From the NCBI GenBank assembly GCA_964473485.1, contig CAYYPH010000001.1, forward strand, positions 477 to 64,476: a DNA stretch of 64,000 nucleotides, in the 5' to 3' direction. The position numbers and the translations under genes are program-made. Shown here in pieces: positions 58,594 through 64,000 of the stretch (the first letter of the stretch is position 1; each line of letters starts with the position of its first letter). The notes beneath the pieces are model-generated. The model searched no databases. It saw only the letters and a list, made by a program, of their open reading frames with translations, and was not told where the DNA came from. The DNA comes from an uncultured Prolixibacteraceae bacterium (GTDB lineage: Bacteria > Bacteroidota > Bacteroidia > Bacteroidales > FEN-979).

Positions 58594-59907
58594 ATGGACT
58601 ATAAAGAAAATTACGATAAGGTGGTGTCCGACCTTCTTCGGCCCATCTATGTCACCCGGTCGTTTAAAAGATGGTTTGCTTTTCTGTTGGGTGGGTTGGC
58701 CATCAGCATTTTCGCCTATACAATTCAGTTAAAGCTTGGTTTGGGTGTTACGGGATTGCGGGATATTACCACCTGGGGAATGTACATTGGCAACTTTGTC
58801 TTTTTTGTTGCCACCAGCCTTGTGGGGATGCTCATTACCGCGACGCTCGGCTTACTTGGGATTAAGTGGGCTGCCCCGCTGTCGCGCATTGCCGAGATCA
58901 TAGCGCTGGCCTTTGCCGCGGTGGCAGGTTTGGTGATCATCATCGACATGGGGCGGCCCGACCGGCTGCTGAATGTCTTTATCTACGGACGGTTTCAATC
59001 GCCGATCCTATGGGATTTGACCGTTGTCATAACCTACACCGTGATCAGTGCACTGTTACTCTATCTTCCCCTGATCCCCGATCTGAAAATCTGCGCCGAC
59101 CGGCTGGAAAAGGCGCATCCGTTGCAACGAAAGCTCTATCAGATACTTTCTCTCAGATGGAGCGATCAGCCGGAACAGGTGAAGATCATTCAACGTGGAA
59201 TCCGGATTCTCTCCATCCTTATCATTCCCATCGCGCTTGCCATCCATACCGTCACCTCATGGTTGTTTGCAGTGACCATGCGGCCCGGATGGGACAGCAC
59301 GATATTCGGGCCCTATTTTGTGACCGGCGCCTTTGTTTCAGGAACTGCCGCCGTTATCCTGGCCATGTATTTCTTCAGAAAAAACTATCACCTGAAGGCC
59401 TATGTCACCGACTTCCATTTCGACAGGATGGCCCGGCTGCTGGTTCTTGTTTCTTTGGTGTACCTTTACTTTAACATCAATGAATTCCTGGTGCCCGGTT
59501 ATAAACTGAAGAAATTTGATACCGTTCACCTGCATGCCCTGTTCAGCGGACATTATGCGTGGCTTTTCTGGGGAACCCAGATCCTTGGATTGATCCTCCC
59601 GATCATCCTCCTGATGTTCAGATTCTTCCGCAAACCGGTCAACGCCTTTGTCATTGCGCTATTTGTGCTCGCCGGCGCATGGTTAAAACGCTATATCATT
59701 GTTGTTCCCACTATGGATCACCCATTCCTTCCGGTTCAACACCTGCCGCTTAACTTTACCGTTTATACCCCTACCCTGATCGAGATCACCATCACCATGG
59801 GAACCATTTTTCTTACACTGATCATCATCACCGTGCTGTCAAAGTTTTTGCCCATCATACCAATCTGGGAGATGATGCACAAGGTGGAGCACACCAAACC
59901 GGATTAG
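58594..59907 (+). CDS. NrfD/PsrC-family polytopic membrane protein (orphan)
   Basis: About 10 TM helices. LGLGVTGLRDITTWGMYIGNFVFFV is a typical NrfD N-terminal block. Confidence 0.7.
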   Translation: MDYKENYDKVVSDLLRPIYVTRSFKRWFAFLLGGLAISIFAYTIQLKLGLGVTGLRDITTWGMYIGNFVFFVATSLVGMLITATLGLLGIKWAAPLSRIAEIIALAFAAVAGLVIIIDMGRPDRLLNVFIYGRFQSPILWDLTVVITYTVISALLLYLPLIPDLKICADRLEKAHPLQRKLYQILSLRWSDQPEQVKIIQRGIRILSILIIPIALAIHTVTSWLFAVTMRPGWDSTIFGPYFVTGAFVSGTAAVILAMYFFRKNYHLKAYVTDFHFDRMARLLVLVSLVYLYFNINEFLVPGYKLKKFDTVHLHALFSGHYAWLFWGTQILGLILPIILLMFRFFRKPVNAFVIALFVLAGAWLKRYIIVVPTMDHPFLPVQHLPLNFTVYTPTLIEITITMGTIFLTLIIITVLSKFLPIIPIWEMMHKVEHTKPD

Positions 59908-59995
59908 ACTTTTTCCTACTTTTGCAGCTGCATCGAGTGGAGCAGCAAAGGTGGTTTTGCAAACCTGTTCCGATTCGGTGTAACACTAGAAACTT

Positions 59996-60598
59996 ATGAC
60001 TGAATCACCATATTCCGACCGGCAGGTGCAGATCATCAATGCAGCCATTAAACTGATGGGAGAGGGAGGCATTCAGTTGCTGACAACCAAAAACCTGGCC
60101 CGGGAAGTCGGGGTGAGTGAACCCGCGCTCTACCGGCATTTTTCAAACAAGGTCGATATTCTGCAGCAGGTTTTATCATACCTGAGATTCAGGATCATTC
60201 TACGGATAAAGAGTATCACCTCCTCGGAACTCAGCCCCCCTGAAAAGCTGCGCGAACTGGTTGGCAGACAATTTAAGGCCTTCACCAACAGACCTGAAGT
60301 GGTCGTGGTACTCTTATCTGAGGGGCTATACCAGAACAACAGGGAACTTTCTTCCCTCGTGTATTCAATCATGCAAGAGTCGGCCTTATTTTACCTGCAG
60401 GTTATCCATGACGGTCAGGCTGCAGGTGATTTTCGCAACGACGTGCCAGCCGAACGAATCGCCTTTATGATCATGGGCAGCATGCGGTTCTGCGTGATTC
60501 AATGGCATCTGTCAGGATTTTCCTACGATCTGATACCCAAAGGTGAAGAGCTTCTTGCTACATTCTTTGCCCTCCTGCAACCCACTTTACCCGGATGA
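59996..60598 (+). CDS. TetR/AcrR-family regulator
   Basis: N-terminal HTH LTTKNLAREVGVSEPALYRHFSNK. Confidence 0.85.
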   Translation: MTESPYSDRQVQIINAAIKLMGEGGIQLLTTKNLAREVGVSEPALYRHFSNKVDILQQVLSYLRFRIILRIKSITSSELSPPEKLRELVGRQFKAFTNRPEVVVVLLSEGLYQNNRELSSLVYSIMQESALFYLQVIHDGQAAGDFRNDVPAERIAFMIMGSMRFCVIQWHLSGFSYDLIPKGEELLATFFALLQPTLPG

Positions 60599-60700
60599 TC
60601 TGATGCCCGGTTTTTCCTGCGTATGTCAGGAGTTTTTACCTCGGGGTTATTTCCAGAACAATAAATATATCAAAAATGTTAGTATTTGCTAACTTTTATT

Positions 60701-60708
60701 TATATTTG
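60701..60708 (+). promoter_or_regulatory. -7 promoter box TATATTTG upstream of the hemerythrin gene
   Basis: Matches TAnnTTTG and starts 76 nt upstream of ATG 60777. The same decamer tatatttgca occurs at 63071..63080. Confidence 0.3.
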
Positions 60709-60776
60709 CATTCAGGTATTTAATTACCTTTAAAATATTTAACGCCCGCCTTAAAAATTAATGTCAAATTGAATAA

Positions 60777-61343
60777 ATGAATTCAGCCATGAAAGCAACA
60801 GAGCACCTGATCACCGAGCACGAATCCGTGCTCAAAATGATTAAAATACTGGAATCAATTGCAACGAAACTTGATAAAGGTGAGAATATATGGGCCAGCG
60901 ACCTTGAAGCTGCCCTGGATTTTTTGCGGGTTTTCGTCGACAAATGCCATCATGGAAAAGAGGAAAATCTCCTGTTTCCGAAACTGGTAGAAACCGGAAT
61001 TCCCAACGAGGGCGGACCGGTTGGCATGATGCTGCGTGAACATGTGATCGGTCGCAATTACATTGCCGGTTTCGCTGAGGGGACTGCTAAATACAAGGCC
61101 GGCGACAGGGAGGCCAAGGCTGAGATTATAGAAAATATAAGGGGATACGGTGAATTGCTTACCTCCCATATCTTTAAAGAGAACAACATACTTTACAAAA
61201 TGGCCGACATGCACCTTACACCACGGCAACAAAATGATCTGCTGGCAAATTTTGAAAAGCTTGAAGGAGAAGTCCTTGGCCGGGAGAAACAGGAAGCATA
61301 TCGCCAGTTGTTAGACAGGCTTGCGCAGGAATATCTAAAGTGA
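60777..61343 (+). CDS. Hemerythrin-domain protein
   Basis: HESVLKMI...CHHGKEENLLFPKL...HIFKENNILY are hemerythrin-type His/Glu ligand blocks. Confidence 0.75.
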   Translation: MNSAMKATEHLITEHESVLKMIKILESIATKLDKGENIWASDLEAALDFLRVFVDKCHHGKEENLLFPKLVETGIPNEGGPVGMMLREHVIGRNYIAGFAEGTAKYKAGDREAKAEIIENIRGYGELLTSHIFKENNILYKMADMHLTPRQQNDLLANFEKLEGEVLGREKQEAYRQLLDRLAQEYLK

Positions 61344-61404
61344 GCATTTCTATTCTTAACACGTTCATGATCAATTTATTTGTTACCAGAAGTAAAATTG
61401 TGCT

Positions 61405-62103
61405 ATGGAGAAAAGTAATATTGAATTCAGGAAAATCGGAGACATTGTTGCCGACAATTTTAAAGCGGCCGAAGTATTTAAAAAGTATGGGATCGATTTC
61501 TGTTGTGGCGGAAATTCATTGCTGAACCAAGCCTGCGCGGATAAAAATATCGATGTGGCCGCGCTTTCTGAGGAGCTTGAAGAGATTGCCGGACAACCGG
61601 CCGACGCCGCGCATAATTTCAAGGAATGGGATCTTGGTTTTTTATGTGATTACATCGTCAATACCCACCACCAGACCGTCGTCAGGCTGTTGCCGCAAGT
61701 TTTGACATACACCCGTAAGATCGCTGACGTACACGGTCCGCATCACCCTGAATTGAACCAGATTGCAACTTTGTTTGCACAAATAAATGATGCGCTTATA
61801 CCGCACCTGAAAAACGAAGAAGAGCTCCTGTTCCCTGCGATCAAGGATTTCATCAAAACCGGATCTTCCGAATCCAGGGAAACCATAAAATCGGAAATAG
61901 CCCGGATGAGCAAAGAGCATGAGTTTGCCGGCGATGCCATGGACAGAATAAACAAACTGAGTTCAGGTTATCAGCTTCCGCCGGATGCCTGCAATTCCTA
62001 TATGGTTGCCTTCAAATTGCTGGAACAGTTTGAGGATGACCTGCATATCCATGTCCATCTCGAGAATAACATAGTGTACCCCAGGGCGCTGGCATTGGCA
62101 TAG
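61405..62103 (+). CDS. ytfE: Iron-sulfur cluster repair di-iron protein (RIC, YtfE/ScdA family)
   Basis: ScdA_N block FKKYGIDFCCGG, followed by hemerythrin-like HHQ..., HL.NEEELLFP and HVHLENNIVYP. Confidence 0.9.
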   Translation: MEKSNIEFRKIGDIVADNFKAAEVFKKYGIDFCCGGNSLLNQACADKNIDVAALSEELEEIAGQPADAAHNFKEWDLGFLCDYIVNTHHQTVVRLLPQVLTYTRKIADVHGPHHPELNQIATLFAQINDALIPHLKNEEELLFPAIKDFIKTGSSESRETIKSEIARMSKEHEFAGDAMDRINKLSSGYQLPPDACNSYMVAFKLLEQFEDDLHIHVHLENNIVYPRALALA

Positions 62104-62156
62104 TCCCGGTTGAAGCGTCCTGATTTCAGATTTACTTTCCTTTTCGCAAAGCGCTT

Positions 62157-62510
62157 CTAGAAAGTCAGCGTTTTGTCGCTGTCCAGCGTCCATTGCACCA
62201 GTTCCTTCATGGTGCTGAGTCCGGCGCCGGCAATGAGCGGCAGATCCTTGATGCCTCTTGCTTCGGCACAGGAACCACAGATTTTAACTTCCCCTCCTTT
62301 TAAAAGCACCGATTTGATCATCCTCTCAATATTATAATAACCCTGGGGTGTGTTTTGGTTGGGCAAGGCTGCCGTTGCAGCATCGGCCATCAAGAAAATA
62401 CGGACTTCGGCGGTTTCATCCTCCTTCTGGATGGTCATGGCCATGCGCAGTGCATTGTAGGCTTTCTCGGTGCCGTATGGGGCATCGTTGATGATAAACA
62501 GGATTTTCAT
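62157..62510 (-). CDS. DsrE/DsrF-like family protein
   Basis: MKILFIINDAPYGTEKAYNALR...ICGSCAEARG is a typical DsrE-fold pattern. Confidence 0.7.
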   Translation of the reverse strand: MKILFIINDAPYGTEKAYNALRMAMTIQKEDETAEVRIFLMADAATAALPNQNTPQGYYNIERMIKSVLLKGGEVKICGSCAEARGIKDLPLIAGAGLSTMKELVQWTLDSDKTLTF

Positions 62511-62530
62511 GGTTGGATCTTTGAAGTAAA

Positions 62531-62950
62531 CTAAAATGTAATAACCTTATCAGACCATTTAACTATGTTGTACATGTCCTGCATGGTGGATAACGGGCAC
62601 ATTTCTGAACCCTCCTTTTGTCTGATTGTCAGACATGATCCGCATGCAAACACCTTTCCCCAGTTGTCAATAAATCTCCGTATCTGATCTGTCACACTGA
62701 ACTTCTTTGTATTTAAACGCTCACATTCAACACCTTTTGCCAGCAAAAATACGCGAACCGAATCTCCCTCTATAAGCGCAAAATTCCCGAACCTGAATGC
62801 GTTCCAAACCGTTTCAGGATCATTGGAATAAATGATCATTCCGATTTTCATCCCGGGGGCAGGAACTGGTTTAATACCGGAACCCGGATTTGTTTGGCTG
62901 ATTCCTGTGAAAGGAAGAAGAATGACCAGTAGAAAAAAAAACTGTTTCAT
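62531..62950 (-). CDS. Secreted DsrE-like paralogue
   Basis: Signal peptide MKQFFFLLVILLPFTGISQ. ACGSCLTIR parallels ICGSCAEAR of the neighbouring gene. Confidence 0.55.
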   Translation of the reverse strand: MKQFFFLLVILLPFTGISQTNPGSGIKPVPAPGMKIGMIIYSNDPETVWNAFRFGNFALIEGDSVRVFLLAKGVECERLNTKKFSVTDQIRRFIDNWGKVFACGSCLTIRQKEGSEMCPLSTMQDMYNIVKWSDKVITF

Positions 62951-63082
62951 GATTTCGTTTTAGAATGATACATCTTCCAAAAGTAAGCAAATAGAAAGAA
63001 CGGGAATGGGTATATTTGGGATGGATAAAAAAATCTAATAAAATACTTGCATTCTTGAAATAATTATCAGTATATTTGCAGA

Positions 63083-63094
63083 GTGAATATTCAC
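63083..63094. promoter_or_regulatory. Perfect palindrome GTGAATATTCAC (candidate TetR operator), copy 1
   Basis: Sits 4 nt downstream of a TATATTTG -7 box (63071..63078) and 44 nt upstream of ATG 63139. Confidence 0.5.
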
Positions 63095-63138
63095 ATACTT
63101 CTTTGATTCGTAAAACACCATGAGTAATATTAATTCAA

Positions 63139-63726
63139 ATGAGCACGGAATTATCTGAACGGCAATTAGAAATTGTAGAAGCAGCCAGCAAAATACTTAC
63201 CTCCTCAGGGGTTGGCGGATTGACTATTAAAAATCTGGCGAAGGAGATGAAATTCTCTGAAAGCGCTATTTACAGGCATTTTACCAGCAAAGAGGAAATT
63301 GTCATTGCATTGCTGAACTTTCTGGCCGAAAGCATTGATCTGCGGTTATCGGATATTGCCGGTTCATCAGATCCTAAAGAAAAACTCATCGCCATGTTCA
63401 GGGAACAATTCAGATTTTTTAATTTAAATCCTCATTATGTGGTAGCTGTTTTCTCAGATGGACTGATGGAAGAGACGCAACGCATCAATGAGGCCATTCT
63501 TAAACTGATTAACGTAAAAATAAAACACCTGATGCCCGTCATCATGGAGGGACAACAAAAAGGAGTTTTTACCAATGCCATCACCACCGACGAACTGGTA
63601 CATATTGTCATGGGAACATTCAAACTTCAAATGTTTAAATGGAGAATCGCTGATTTTCAATTTGATATAATAAGGAATGGAGAAAATATGCTCCAATCTA
63701 TACTTACCTTGATCAGTAGAAAATAA
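63139..63726 (+). CDS. TetR/AcrR-family regulator
   Basis: HTH LTIKNLAKEMKFSESAIYRHFTSK. Confidence 0.85.
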   Translation: MSTELSERQLEIVEAASKILTSSGVGGLTIKNLAKEMKFSESAIYRHFTSKEEIVIALLNFLAESIDLRLSDIAGSSDPKEKLIAMFREQFRFFNLNPHYVVAVFSDGLMEETQRINEAILKLINVKIKHLMPVIMEGQQKGVFTNAITTDELVHIVMGTFKLQMFKWRIADFQFDIIRNGENMLQSILTLISRK

Positions 63727-63774
63727 CGCGGAGAATCAAGATGGAAAAATGATTTTTTTTCATCATAAAAGTAA

Positions 63775-63786
63775 GTGAATATTCAC
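63775..63786. promoter_or_regulatory. Perfect palindrome GTGAATATTCAC, copy 2
   Basis: Identical 12-mer, 13 nt upstream of ATG 63800. Confidence 0.5.
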
Positions 63787-63799
63787 AAATATAACCGCA

Positions 63800-64000
63800 A
63801 TGAATGCGCAAAACACAAGTATGGTTGAAGCTGCCGGCCGCATCATTAACCGATCGGGTGTCAAAGCGTTGACAATTGAAGAAATGTCGCATGAAATGGG
63901 GATAGACACTGATCAACTTTGGTTTTACTTTAAGAAAGAGGATGACATACTGTTGCTGCTTATGCACAGCCTGGAAAGTGAGATTAAGCAATTTGTCAAG
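63800..64000 (+). CDS. TetR-family regulator, 5' partial (runs off the window)
   Basis: ATG 63800 opens MNAQNTSMVEAAGRIINRSGVKALTIEEMSHEMGIDTDQLWFYFKKEDD..., a frame that stays open to the window end. Confidence 0.7.
   Translation, partial: MNAQNTSMVEAAGRIINRSGVKALTIEEMSHEMGIDTDQLWFYFKKEDDILLLLMHSLESEIKQFVK

Overview
This 64-kb window looks like a Bacteroidota-type chromosome. Support: a T9SS C-terminal sorting domain, TAnnTTTG -7 promoter boxes, no obvious Shine-Dalgarno use, a TonB-dependent receptor and lipoproteins. It splits into three blocks.

(1) 1-30.5 kb is an accessory, defence-island-like region.
- It starts with a decayed phage-like remnant: a capsid-like gene with an in-frame TGA and a truncated gene.
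- A low-GC two-gene cassette (small Pol-beta nucleotidyltransferase plus a DUF262-only protein) sits inside that remnant.
- An IS66-like fragment is fused to a reverse-transcriptase C-terminal remnant.
- A large minus-strand operon resembles class-1 DISARM. It runs SNF2 helicase, 1644-aa N6-adenine methyltransferase, AlbA_2/HATPase_c_4 protein, 2096-aa DEAD helicase with DUF1998, then a UvrD-like helicase. No PLD (DrmC) gene is recognisable.
- A GmrSD-type DUF262/DUF1524 enzyme lies directly upstream of that operon.
- A three-gene operon follows: agmatine-deiminase/PAD-family enzyme, a possible AAG-fold glycosylase-like protein, and a small unknown protein.
- An AbiE-like antitoxin/nucleotidyltransferase pair completes the block.

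(2) 30.9-46.9 kb carries envelope and signalling genes: a T9SS cargo protein, a lipoprotein, a substrate-binding protein plus histidine kinase, a PocR-multiPAS-GAF kinase, a response regulator, a hybrid kinase, a LytTR pseudogene and a TonB-dependent receptor.

(3) 47.2-64 kb is a respiratory nitrate reductase locus in Thermus-like order (cytochrome c, narG, narH, narJ, narI, two narK). An HD-domain gene is inserted between narG and narH and an orphan NrfD-like membrane protein follows. After it come nitrosative-stress and redox genes: TetR regulators, hemerythrin, the RIC/YtfE di-iron protein and DsrE-like proteins.

All functional calls rest on motifs read by eye from the supplied translations. 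No database search was run.
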